NCBI GenBank assembly: GCA_964247055.1
Contig: OZ176054.1
Span: 7,998,001 to 8,062,000 of the forward strand
Direction of reading: 5' to 3'
From: Paragordius varius
Taxonomy: Eukaryota > Animalia > Nematomorpha
DNA length: 64,000 bases
Of the stretch, positions 1-12,510 are shown one piece after another. The position numbers and the translations under genes are program-made. Within the stretch, counting starts at the first letter, position 1, and every line of letters starts with the position of its first letter. Below the pieces are notes generated by a model. That model saw nothing but the letters and a program-made list of their open reading frames with translations, made no database searches and had not been told where the DNA came from.

Positions 1-458
1 ACATTTACCACCCTTCAATATCTTCAATAATTACACCACTAAGGCAAATCCTGAAGATAGTGTTTCAATGTTAAAATACAATCGACCAAACGCCGATAGT
101 AAAAAAGAAAAAAATTATTCCAACACCAATAAATCACATTTTTTTGTTCAAAATAATTCAGTCGCCAATGACACTCATCTTCTCGAAAAAGATGTTACAG
201 GTAAATAATACTAGTAAATTTAATTATTAACTCATACTTGTAATTTAATAACCAACAATTTAAAAATTTGTGTTTATATTCATCAATTAGAGACTTAATT
301 TTACGTATACTTATATGATTAAAGTTAGGAAATTAAATTTTTTAAATGTTTGTTAGATGTTTCGGTTTCCCATGAATCTGCCGTCGAAGCCGATGAATAT
401 TTTGACGTTAATGGAATCGATATTGAAACTGATTATAAAAGTATTTATTATTAAATTT

Positions 459-523
<65 letters not shown>

Positions 524-1674
524 AAAATTTAACTCAGAACTTTTTTTACCCATATATTGGAGAGCTGTAATCATAATTTTCATTGTTATATAAATTACTA
601 AAATTACTCATAATAATTTATACAGTAAAATTGAAATTATACATTCAATACTTAAAAACTAACAATTATTTTTAGGGCAACCATATTTTTGATTTGTTAA
701 ATATAACTCATCGTTTTTGGGGTGCAAAATGAGGAATAGAGATAAAAATTGTTAATACATTTTATTATATCTTTCAAAATCGTAATCATATAGTTAATGT
801 AGGATAAATCAAGGTTTAAAAAAATATTTTTCTTTTAGTTATAACATTTTGTCTTCAAAATTTTATTTTTTACTATAATTAGAATATTCTACCACTAATT
901 ATAAATATATTTGTTTTACCCCTATATTTTAGAATCATTGACAACTAGCAAAAACGCGTCAAGTAACTTGAAATACCTGGAAGCATTGTTGTATGAGGTA
1001 GAAAAAAGTCCTCGTAAAACTGCAATCTTATCTTCGAATGAACAAAACAGAAACGAAAAGTTAGATAAAAATGATCAATTTTCACTTCATCAAAACAAAT
1101 TTACAATGGATCAAGTAATAAAATTTTTTATAAATTGTTGGCCAGTTATCAAAATTCAATGTGTTTTAAGAAATTTAATATCTATTTTAATGTTTTGCTC
1201 CAATAAAATACATGTTTTAGAATAATGTGTGCTTTTTTTGTATATTTACAGGATCTTTTTTCACATTTCTGGAAAACGATTTGCGATTTATTCGAGAATG
1301 CACCAAACCAAGAGCAACTCTTACACTCGGCCGCCACAGTAGGAACATTATTACTCAATATTGGTATAACTTTCTGTTTTATGCACTATAATTTTTTAAA
1401 TAACTACTCCTTTTTACATATATAATATAAAATAATAGGAGAATCCTCATTACATCAAAGCCATACTACACCTGCTATAAAAGACGATGCCGCGCCTGAA
1501 GAAAAGTTAACCCTCAAAAAGGCTTCAAGCGTGGAAGAAAGAAAAACTGTAGGACAACATGACAACGACACATCACAATGGCACCTTGGGTTCAAACAAA
1601 TTTTAGCTTGCATACTAATGGAACCCATTTTATCGGAGTTTTTTGATCAAAAATATCAAATTGTAAAAAGTTAA
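1..1674 (+). CDS. TBC1D9: 3' part of a TBC1D8/TBC1D9-family Rab-GAP (5' end outside window)
   Basis: Phase-consistent GT-AG exons <2-200, 357-440, 933-1114, 1252-1363, 1439-1674 (TAA). Peptides FWKTICDLFENAPNQEQLLHSAATVGTLLLNIGE and WHLGFKQILACILMEPILSEFFD resemble the conserved TBC1D8/9 C-terminal blocks (recalled as LYHATAAVTSLLLEIGE and FEQFLASLLTEPALVKYFD). Paralogue choice is uncertain. Confidence 0.75.
461..522. repeat. (AT)n microsatellite in intron
   Basis: Perfect (AT)26 at 461-512, extended by one interrupted stretch. Confidence 0.95.
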
Positions 1675-4199
1675 CCATTTCTTTGAAATTGGTATGTGCA
1701 ACAATATATTTCTCAGTACATTGGGTAAAAAGGTGCTGCTCAATTTTTATTCCTTAAAAACAGTAAGATAATTGATATTTTGATATGGAAAAATATACGT
1801 AATACAAAATTTATTTACAACATATTGGTATATTTACAACTTTTACACTTATTTATACAAATGTATAACACACCCCCATAATAAATATTTAACAGTAATG
1901 TTGTTGACTTTTGAGATTATTGGTTTGTGTGATGAGAATGTTTGTTTTGCGATTTAATATCTAAAGATTGAATTAACGGAGTCAAAAAATCATATATTTG
2001 AGTACTGTATAATTTAGACATTAAAACAGTGCCTTAAAAAGGGTACAATGTGTTTCTATATTCTCATTTAATTAGTATAGTTAAAATTAAATTTATAGAG
2101 ACAAATGTAAATACTATTAAAGACAACCATACTTTTTTAAACCTTGATTTTTCCTACATAAAATATGTAGTTACAATTTTAATATATGTGTGCGAACAAT
2201 TTTATCTTTATTCTTTATTCAGCAACCCAAAAAGATACGTTATATTAAAAAATCAAAATTTTTTATTAAAATATTAATGTTTTAATTTTTAAATGTATGC
2301 TAATAGCAATTGTTACTGTAATATGGTAAAATATCTAATTTAGTTTTAAAGTTATATGGAGGTCTGTGGTTTATACCTTTTGTAAAAATATAAACGCATG
2401 TTTTATATATAAATTGGTACCAATTTACATATATTATAAATTAACAAATAGCCTTTTTTCTGAATCATTATTTTTAATAACGTACATGGCTAGATACTAA
2501 ACTCCATAGAACCAAGTCTAAAATACTGTATTTTAGTAGTTGATCGATGAAGGTCGAATAAACTTGCCAGATTAATTTCTTCTTATGTTATATTGGTTCT
2601 TTCAAATTATTATTTCTGTTTCCATTTAAAGAGTTTTCGATATATGTAAAGATATCTTTAGAAGGAGTCTATTTTATCCACTTGGTATCAAAATAATTTC
2701 GGGAACTAGCTATTAAGCTCAGTGAATAAGCATAAAAACCATTTGGAAAACACTCAGGGTTTTCGGAGGACCATTTTAATTATTTAAAATATCTCTTTTA
2801 AAATTCAAAAAGGATTAACCATATATTTCCAATTTCATAATTTTAGCAGATGTCAAAACATAGCGTATAAGGAATCAGAGAAAACTTTAATTTGATTAGG
2901 TATAATACTGTTTAGCCCTAAAAATTATCTAAGAATGGTTCAAAATTGCAAGTATTTAACTAAATTGAAAATGTATAAAAATCACGAGTTTTCAATAATA
3001 TGAAACTACTTAAATGAATCCTTTTTTTCAGCTCATTACCCGAATTGGATTAATCTAAATTATAACAACAATATTCCTTCCAAATATTCAAAATCTGTTG
3101 ATGGCATATATTTAAAGTTTATAATAATATGTGAAAATCGATTCCCTGGAAAACATTTTCAAATAACTTTTTGATAGTAAGGGGGATGGTAAGGTCAATG
3201 TTAAACCGATAAATAATGGCTAATAAATCTAGCAAATATCTTATCATTCGGCCTCGAATTAATCCCTTATTAAAATCCAACATTATATATACAAATGTAT
3301 ATGCTTCATATTTGGGTAAACCTGTTCAGATTTCTTAACCAAAAATTAATTATTAGCGCGAAAGAAATTATTATATAGCAAATATTTGCCTATACTTCAA
3401 ACATGACAGCATTGATAAACCTTAAAAATGTAAAAAATGGAGGGTTTTTTATACATACATTTAAATCAGATGCAACATAAATATAATGATCAATAAAAAA
3501 TCTGTTTAAATTTTCATATGTATGCTACCTAGATGATTTGTTCATATATGTCATTCCATTATCGGAATCTTCAGAATCTGTTAAATTAAATAAAAACCAA
3601 TTAAATTATAAGAATATTGTTTATGATAGGTGTTTTACAATATATTTAATAAAATTAAAATGTATTATACATCTTGATATTAGTTAAGTAGATGTGTTTG
3701 TAACATCTATAAGAATTAAGGAAATATTGAATATGCTCATAAATGCAGTCATAAGGTCATAATCAGTTTTATATAGATAACGAAGATATATGTTATGATT
3801 TATTACAATCAGTTTTAATGTTGGATGTTATTGACTATTAACTTAATAAAAAAATTCACATAAGAAATAAAAAATTCAATTATTTTATATCATGTAAACA
3901 TATATGCTAAAATGTTTTTGAATGGATCATTCTTAACGGAGGTCAGTCACAGTCATAAACTCATTCATAACTGTTGAGATTCAAGACTATTTGATTTAAT
4001 GAGTTATTATTATTTTAACATTGTACAATAAATAAAAATCAAATTAACATATTTCAATGATGTTTTATGTTCATGAGAAATGATTAAAAAACTTAAATTT
4101 ATGTGTTTTTTAACACTTCTCTCAAATATTTTATAATAAAGGCCCAAAGTGTAACAAAAAAGGTAATTTTAGGCCCTAAATTAAATTCAATCCTCATAT

Positions 4200-6740
4200 T
4201 CAAGAATTGAAATAATGGATACCTTCCAGACCATATGGTTGGAACAATTTAGATTTGGGTTGGTTTATATATTTTTGACTAGGTCGATTACCCCGATAAT
4301 CCCCATTGATAGTTTTATTGGCGAATATTTTATAATCCTTATTGATATTCCCATTGTAGGTAAATGTTAAATTATTTTTCCTATTATATGAATATAATAA
4401 CATAAATACTTATTGTGTTTTATTGAGTTCAATTCTTCATCTGAAGATATTTCATCTTCAGAAAAGTTCGAGTTAAAATTTTCAGGTTTCTTAATCTGTT
4501 TATCAAATAAATCAGATTCCCAAGCACCATATTCATCGTTTGTTATATGATCGGCATCTCCTTCAATAAATGCCAAAAATCTAATTAATAAATAAATATA
4601 TGTATCTTCAATATATTGATATATTAACGGCAAATATAATTTAATATAGGGTAATTATAAATCAAAATTGTATAAAATAAAAAACCTATTATAACTATGC
4701 ATTTTATGATCAAATTTTTTAAAACGGTTAATGGTAAAACATAATATAGATTTTCAATGGCAGTTTTAAAATGATTTTTGCGAAATTGTTATAGAATTGA
4801 AGGAATAACATAAATTTTTAAACTTAGAAAGGGCTCATGTTAAATATCATGTTTTTTTTATAATATAAGATAAATTACTCAATTTGTTAAATTTTAAAAT
4901 GTTGCTAGGCATAACTCCAAGATATCTTTATCAAAAAATGTCTGTTATAATTATGTGTGTACTTCAAAGGTTCTTTAAGTTTTTTTGCAACTTGCCACGG
5001 ACTACGTTGATAATTGGTTGTACAATAATCTCGAAGTTCTTTCAACTGTTTTTCCGTTTCTACCCGTCCTTGATCAATATATTCTTCTTCTGTTAACAAT
5101 TTTATGTGAGGGGGAAACTTTTTTCGGCTAGTAAATAATATGAATAAAATATATCAACCACCACAAAGCTAATGAATCAATATGTAATAAAAATCCAAGT
5201 TCTTAACTCTGGATACTATGAAAAAAAATAACACTATATTATATAATGTATCATCATAATACCCTTAATGCAAAAAATTCGTTTGGAAGAATAAAGCTAT
5301 AATGAAAAATATTTTCATCAAAAAAACGTTATATTATGTATATATATATAAGAGCATACTAAAATAATTTCAACGTTTCACCGCCCTTGTAAAGCGGATT
5401 AAAACGAGATCGCCATCGTGCCAAATTATCTAGGGTTATGAGTAGAAGAGGAATGATTATGCTTGTTTGAGCGTTATTACGAAAAGCATAGGCTAGGCCA
5501 CACAGTGATATTAAACGAATACCCCATTTTATTAGTGTGATAGATTTAATATCTTGAGGCGGTCCGCGCCAATAACAAATGGCAAAACTAATGAAACTAA
5601 CAAGTCCTATGTATGCAGCAACTCCCAACGGGTATGCCGTTATAATTTGACGTATGTTTTGCAAAATATGTTGTAAAAAATAAATTCCAAATGACCAGCC
5701 CCCGGCTAATATAAGGTACGTGGCTGTTTTACGCTATCAAAATAAAAAACTCTAATTTACAAAGAAAACGTTAAAAATGAATAAAAATCAGTTATAAATA
5801 AAATTAAATTAAGTAAAGGATTAATGCACAACTAGGCAATTTTTCTCTCATTATAGCTCAAGTGTTAAATCGTTCGTAAAGTTTGATACATTTTAAGTCC
5901 ATACACTTAAAAAAAGGAAATAAAGAGAGTCAAAACTGTATAATTTTTATATTAAGTTTTAATATAGTTATGCGCGTATAATAGAATATTGATAAGGTTA
6001 AAAAATTTAGTATGCTATAAGTTTAATTTATTTATATTGGTATTGTCGATAAATTCAAAACACTTTTAAGTTGAGGAAAAAAATATTTTGATTTTAATTT
6101 ACTTGTGGTATGAGTCGGCTCAAAATATATATTATAACAAGTATAGATGCAATATTTCCAAAAGATATCCCTGACATGTAGTAAAAACTTTCATTTCTAA
6201 ATTTATATAAGCTTTTACCTGGCTAAATGCGGAGCAAAAATATATAAGAGTATTGATATTAATGCCAGAGCCACTTTATTTTTATTGTAAATTTCAAAAT
6301 TAAATTTTATGGTATATGGATCTTTAGTATATATTCCAACGCAAGATAAATGAAAAGTATCCATAGAAATGGTGTTAAATCTCCATGGAAACAATTTAAA
6401 AAAATTTGATGCTTTATATTGATTGAGAAGGTCAGTTGAACTGTTACCCTTGTATATAACATAAGAGCTAGATTCATTAAAGTCCCATTGAAGCTAAATT
6501 TCAATGAAAAAATACTTTGGGGCAACTCAACAGATATTTAACACGAAAGGGTTTTCCCGTATAACAAAAAATATCTAATTGAGAAACAATCTTTGACAAA
6601 AATGATTGACTCATTCCAGACTTTAACCAATATACTATATTATAATATAGATAATAACCTTTATTTAGATCATTTGTAAAAATTTGATCTATTAAAAAGG
6701 CAACGATAAAAATTTTAAACCACATCATGTTAAAAGGCAT
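4200..6740 (-). CDS. NEMP1: Nuclear envelope integral membrane protein (NEMP1/TMEM194 family), about 480 aa
   Basis: Exons 6740-6659, 6634-6516, 6493-6219, 6196-6103, 5733-5375, 5127-4963, 4580-4410, 4380-4200. Signal peptide, IFCY, FYYMSGISFG, ILAGGWSFGIY, FAICYWRGP, and LLTEEEYIDQGRVETEKQLKELRDYC...SPW...FLAFIEG are NEMP family hallmarks. The 5375 donor and the first intron are less certain. Confidence 0.9.
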
Positions 6741-6894
6741 GAGCTGTATCAGCCGTTAGATCAGCATTCTCATGTATAGTTTTGGGTATAGTGGTAAAAA
6801 AATAGGCGATAATGTTAACATCTTTGAAATTTCCAAAGTATGTATTTTTTGAAAATTAATATATAACACTGCGTTTACAAAAAAATATCATGAT

Positions 6895-7915
6895 GAAATA
6901 AATATATTCTGATAGAAAAAATATAGGAATCTCATGGTACTTGTGGTTTTAGGGCTAATGTTTTAAGAAAGTTAACACAAGTTCTTCATATCAGAAAATG
7001 ACAAAAGCACATTTTTAATGAAAGTTAGATGCTTTCTTTGAAAAAACATCACTAAATTATCACTATCTATAAAAAGCAAAACAATATTTTTAAATCAAAA
7101 ATTTATGTGGTTTTTGCAAGTCCCATTTTTTGCTCTTCTAAAATGGGCTGGTTAGATTGCACGATAAATTTTAAATATATGTACAGTTTGATACCAATTA
7201 AAACGATTTTTAAACATTGCATTTTTTTCAAAAAAATATGCTACATACTTTATACTATTAGGCATTAAGGAAACGGGATATAAACGCTTTAAGACATACA
7301 ATTTTTCTAAATAATTATGAACATTTCATCGCATCAAATTTTAATTTAAAGCTTCTTTGCAATTAAATTTTGGTGAATCTTCGTAAAAAAACCTAAATTT
7401 TATTTAATATAATCTTGAAGATGAACGATTGTTTTAATCAAAATTCTGTGATAAAAATGTTAGAATAATCAAATCATATAGAAGTTATTATGTCTTAAAG
7501 CATTTACCATTTTATTATGTATTGAAATATAAAGTACCCTTTAAAAATTTGCAAAAATTAAATTTTTAATAAACTAATCATAAAAATATTTTTAGTTGTT
7601 ATCAAAATTTAGCATTTATTTAAAATTTTTATCGTGCAAAATCAGCATCTTCATGTTATCTTTAGGAAAACCAGCCCATTATATAAGAGCGGAAAAAATT
7701 TGGACTTTCGACCACAACAAAAAATTTTGTTTAAGAAATATGTTTTGATTTTTGGAGAGTTATGAGAACAAGTGATATTTTTGAAATGAAACATTTATAA
7801 TTCGCCAATATGCACAAATTTTGCCATCTGATACGGAGAACTTACCAAAAAAGTGTAAATAACTTTCCTAAAGCATATGAGAGCTTCAAAACCAAAAGCA
7901 CCGTAAAATTCCTAA
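6895..7915. mobile_element. Family C long-TIR (foldback-like) non-autonomous element, about 1 kb, diverged copy
   Basis: The two ends are inverse-similar over several hundred bp. Co-linear with 46190-47220, 34500-35158, 8530-8830 and 33340-33810. Boundaries approximate. Confidence 0.65.
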
Positions 7916-8529
7916 TTTTTCTCAGATTATATTTATTTCATTATAAATATTTTAATGACGCTCGCCGTACACTCTGTAATATTAGTCAGTTAAGTTTTAG
8001 TGCAGTAGTGTACTCCATTTTATAAATGGTGCGTGGCTATTATGTTCTTTTTGAGCTTTGATATATATTTTATTTTGAGTTATCAAACCTATTTTACTAA
8101 GCAAATCTTTTTAGGATGGTACTCTTTAGCCCTCTTTAATCTTAAAGTTGTGGAGAAGATAGGGATTACACAAAATCGGCAGGTAATAAATTTGTATATA
8201 TATATATACAGTCATGTATTTTTATAAATGTCAAACATACGTTTTTAATTGATTTTACCTTGTTTTTAATTGTTATGATCTTTGATATGTCAACTTTCAA
8301 CATGCGCATTAAGCTTTAAAATAATAATAGCCTATTTATTGTAAACAAGTAAAAACAAAGTAAAATCAATTAAAAACGTATGTTTGACATTTAAAAGATT
8401 CTTATGATGTTTTTGGATTTAATTTTACGTATGCTGTAAGAAAATTATAACCACTTTTATGAAAATTGCTATATATCGAAAATTCGAATTTGTAGATATT
8501 TCACTACGTCTAAGGGAGATATATAAATA

Positions 8530-8830
8530 TCTTAATGAAATATATATATTCTGATAGAAAAATGAATTATTATAACAATGCTTATGGTTTTGATTTTCAG
8601 CCCTTATGATTTAGAAAGGTTTTAACACTTTGTGGTATTGCATATTGAAAATGAATTTGCGCAGATTTTGTTAAATAAATTTCTTTGATCAAAACTAAAT
8701 TCTTCATCCCTAAAATGCCATCATATATAAACTTCATATTAATAACAGAACAATATTATGAAATATTGATTTTTAGAAGTGGACTCCAAAAGTCGCAATT
8801 TTTTGCCCTTTAAAACGGGCTTGTTTTCTT
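8530..8830. mobile_element. Family C left arm, interrupted by family B
   Basis: Shares the motifs ttctgatag, ttttagaagtggactcc and gcccttta..gggct with the other family C copies. Confidence 0.6.
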
Positions 8831-8832
8831 AG

Positions 8833-9344
8833 CACTTCACCATACCTTCTCACTTTTCTGTCCGCGATGAGATATTGGGGTAGTTTCTTATTCCAGATAT
8901 CAATCTTATAAATTAACTAATGCTTTATTTTTGTTAAAATTCAATTATCAAACACATGTATGTAAAAAGATCATATTTTTTACAGTTTTGTGGCTAGTCT
9001 AAAAATAGGACAACCCCAAAACACGATCGATATGAACAGCTGCTAATAAAATCATTATATATCAGCTTTTGCTGGTAAAATGTAGTATGAAAGCTTTTAA
9101 AGTTTAATATTTACATTAATAATAATATTCATTTATTTCCATGTTACATTAGCACAAAACATTAAAAAAATGGCGAAAGTTTTATATGAGGATTTTTTCA
9201 CAATTTTACACATTTTAAAATGTTTTGTATGCAATTAAAAGGCCAAACAGAGCATTCTTTTGAATTCTCCTCAATACCTTAAATATTTTTTATATTCGAA
9301 TTTCAAATTGCTGGGATAAAACTACCCCAAAAGATCATCGAGTG
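8833..9344. mobile_element. Family B piggyBac-like MITE (CACTT...AGTG-TTAA)
   Basis: Ends CACTTC and GAGTG|TTAA (left flank reads TTAG). Subterminal TTGGGGTAG and CTACCCCAA. Similar to 35163-35577, 53107-53573 (reverse) and 62900-63382 (reverse). Confidence 0.65.
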
Positions 9345-9348
9345 TTAA

Positions 9349-9690
9349 CATTTGGAAACAACACATTCATTTCAGTCCTTCGATTCATGGGGCAGGCTAC
9401 CCCAGTCTGTTTAAAAATAAATACTATAAAAAATATTGAAATCGTAACTATGGCAAAAGTTTGCACTTTAAATTAATGAACCAGAATATAAAAGAAATCA
9501 TTCAAAAATACCAGATATAAGTTATTTTAAGATAACAATTTAGTCAACACAAGTGTGCATTAGCTAAGTTTTAAAAATAATACAAAATCCATTTTTCTGT
9601 TTCTATCACTGTTAGATGTGATTTAGATAAAAAATTAGCTTTATTATTAAAGAAACACGATATTTTATAAAAATTGTAAAATAAAAATGA
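9349..9690. mobile_element. Family A piggyBac-like MITE, partial reverse copy
   Basis: Reverse complement of the right end of 35582-36150, starting at a TTAA. Confidence 0.65.
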
Positions 9691-12209
9691 TTCATTATTA
9701 TTATATTCATGAATAATTTCAGCATATTTAAATGTTGGGCACACTAAAAAATTTTATCGCTCTGTCCCAAAAAAATAGCCGTATAAACACAAGAACTACA
9801 TAATTGAATCATTTTTTGAGATTGCTTATGCCTAAACAAAATTCCAGGGAGCCACATATAAAAATGTAATAAGTTGTAGACCCGTGATCTCATTATATGA
9901 ATGAGGAAATTATTAATTCCAGAAACTATTTAAAAATTGTGAGTGTCTTTCTTCTCTTTTGTAATAAAAATTTATTTGTTAAGTCCGACATTTTTGGGTG
10001 CAAGACATAAAAGTTTCGGAACTTTTATAAGTTTGCACAAAAGCTAAAAATATTTTATTAGGCTCTGCAAGACCCAAAAATATAACCGTCATTATTTCCA
10101 AGTAATTTTGTCGAAATACCATTTTTAACGCAACACAAAGAAAACATAATTTGAAATAGGTAATAATAATAAAATGACTCAAAAGTTATGTATAATATCC
10201 TTGTCTACGTTTTTTTTTCATATATACAACTTTATAAAGTAATATTATAATTATGCTATGTAATTTAAAAAATAATTATGAATCATCACAAATATTTTAT
10301 GGTACTGAATAATTCAATAACAAACATTTCCCAAGTATTATTACTACTTTTAAAATGATGGCATTGTCTACACCTAGGTTATAAAAATTTATTTTACAAT
10401 TTAATTTACACAAAGATGCTAAATTTTAACATTAGTTATATTGTGCCAATTAAAAAAATTGAATGATGGATGGTATATCTTTAAAATTTAAACTCTTTAA
10501 CTAAGTAAGTACAACAACAATAATAAATATTTTGCAAAACTCATTAGGGTCATTGTATTATAAATTATCTGCAAACCCAAATTTTATTAATCTGTTTCGT
10601 TGTTTAACGATAATATACTGCGAGAATTTAGCCTGCGGTAAATTGATCGAAAGGCACAGATGGATGAACGGAATTCGTTTCAATTTTCTACATTCTTATA
10701 AAATCAACGCATTTTTAACTCACATTTAAAATGAATTCTAAATTTAGTTAAAATTACAGAAATTGTAGTTAATTATTTATCCAGGAATAACATTTTAACT
10801 CAGTTTCTCTCGTTTGAAAAAGGTTATTTAGATTAATTGGTCATATATAGTATATATACGGGCATTTTCTTAATAGGATCGACAAAATTAATATTTTTAT
10901 TTTTCTGACTGTCAAAATAAATATAGGGAGCCGTAATTTTAACTTTAACTAAACCAAATTATTTTTTAGGGTGGTTTAAACTTTTATAAGTCTTTGATAT
11001 ATAGAGTTATATTACACTAGACAACAAATTTTAACTTTTTTTAACTGCCATTCTTGTAAATTTAAAATTTATTTCATTAAAGTACATAATTAGTATATCT
11101 GAAAAGAAAATTGGTCTAGCATGGAAGAATTTTTTTTTAGAGTTTATCGATAATTTTTGGCCCCAATTTAACATTAAACTCGAAATTTGGAAAATTTAGA
11201 GTTTTTGATATGAAGCCATGTATTTTATATCATTCGAAAGAGCGCAAAAAACTGCATCTTTTAAATGGTAGTAAGTCATTTAAATCAATCGGATGTCAAA
11301 GTTATTTGGATTTAAATGGTCGAAATTTTCAGTCCTTAAATAAGTCAGGAATTTTCACAGACAAACTAGTTTGAAAATCATATAAATTATTTTAATATAG
11401 TTATTAGGGTTATATTAATATTTAATTTTAAAAAAATGTTTGAAAAAGCTTTTGGTTCGCTTTTTTAATAAAAATTATTATTATCATAAATATTTTACCT
11501 AGTGGATACTAAAATGCATAGTTATAACTATAAATTTATTACATAATGGCTATAAAAGATCAAAAATACCTTAAACTTTGTTTTTATCTTTAAAATTTCG
11601 AAATTATCAGCCCTGTAAAGAAAATAAATTAATATTGATGAGATGGTAATTTTTAAAAAACAAAAAACTTAAAAATGGCTGTTTTGAGTGACATAAAAGC
11701 AATAATAAAATGTTTTAATCAAAAAAACTTTCTTGTGTTATTTTTTTTGGACATTCATCACCATCTAAACAAAGTTTGAGCTATTTTCATCCATTAGTTT
11801 TAAAAATATAATAATTAAAAAAAATGCTCTCGTTTCGCGCGTTTGTCGCTCTTTGTGTCCAATATTAACTGTCGATGTAATACATATTAGTATGCATTTT
11901 ATAGAGTTTTTATTACTCTTTCGAATGATATATTACAAATGGGCATTACTTGTATATTTTCAAAGAAAAATATTTTTTAGTAAAATTTTGATAGAGAGGG
12001 CGCATAATCAAAAAAATCAAATTATACAAAATTCTTCCAACGAGTTATAATTTTTATTTCAGATTTACTGCTAAAATGATACTAAATATCAGAAAATTCC
12101 AAAAACTCGAATGGCAGAAAAATTTATTGTCCAGTGTTATTATCAAAAAAACATACAAAAAGTCCACTACGGAAGTTTAAAACTCTCTACAAGTTAAGTA
12201 TAAAAATAA

Positions 12210-12510
12210 TTTTTAACAATTCAAATTCACCCTTGAATAATTCAAGAACACCCTAAAAAACTGTGTTTTCGGGCTAATATAACCCACCATTGATATGAAA
12301 TATATTTTCACGACATAGTTTATTATTTTTTCAGAATTATATTAAATTTAAACAGAATTTCATTTTTTTAAATTATATAAAATAAAGGTAATTTTTAATC
12401 TTAAAAAAACACACAATTTTTAGGGTGAATATACATTGTTCGAGGGGGAAGTTGAATTGTTCAAGGATGAATTTGAATCGTTCAAGGGTAAATTTGAACT
12501 AGTATATATT
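12210..12510. repeat. Degenerate foldback element with TTGAAn(n)nTTCAA subrepeats
   Basis: CACCCTAAAA near the left end and TTTTAGGGTG near the right end, with inverted ttgaa..ttcaa units related to 25440-26090. Confidence 0.45.

Noticed and set aside
2460-2800. Stop-codon reassignment suggested by isolated in-frame TAG/TAA
   Set aside because: The well-supported genes end in TAA, TAG and TGA, and internal stops elsewhere are explained by micro-introns.
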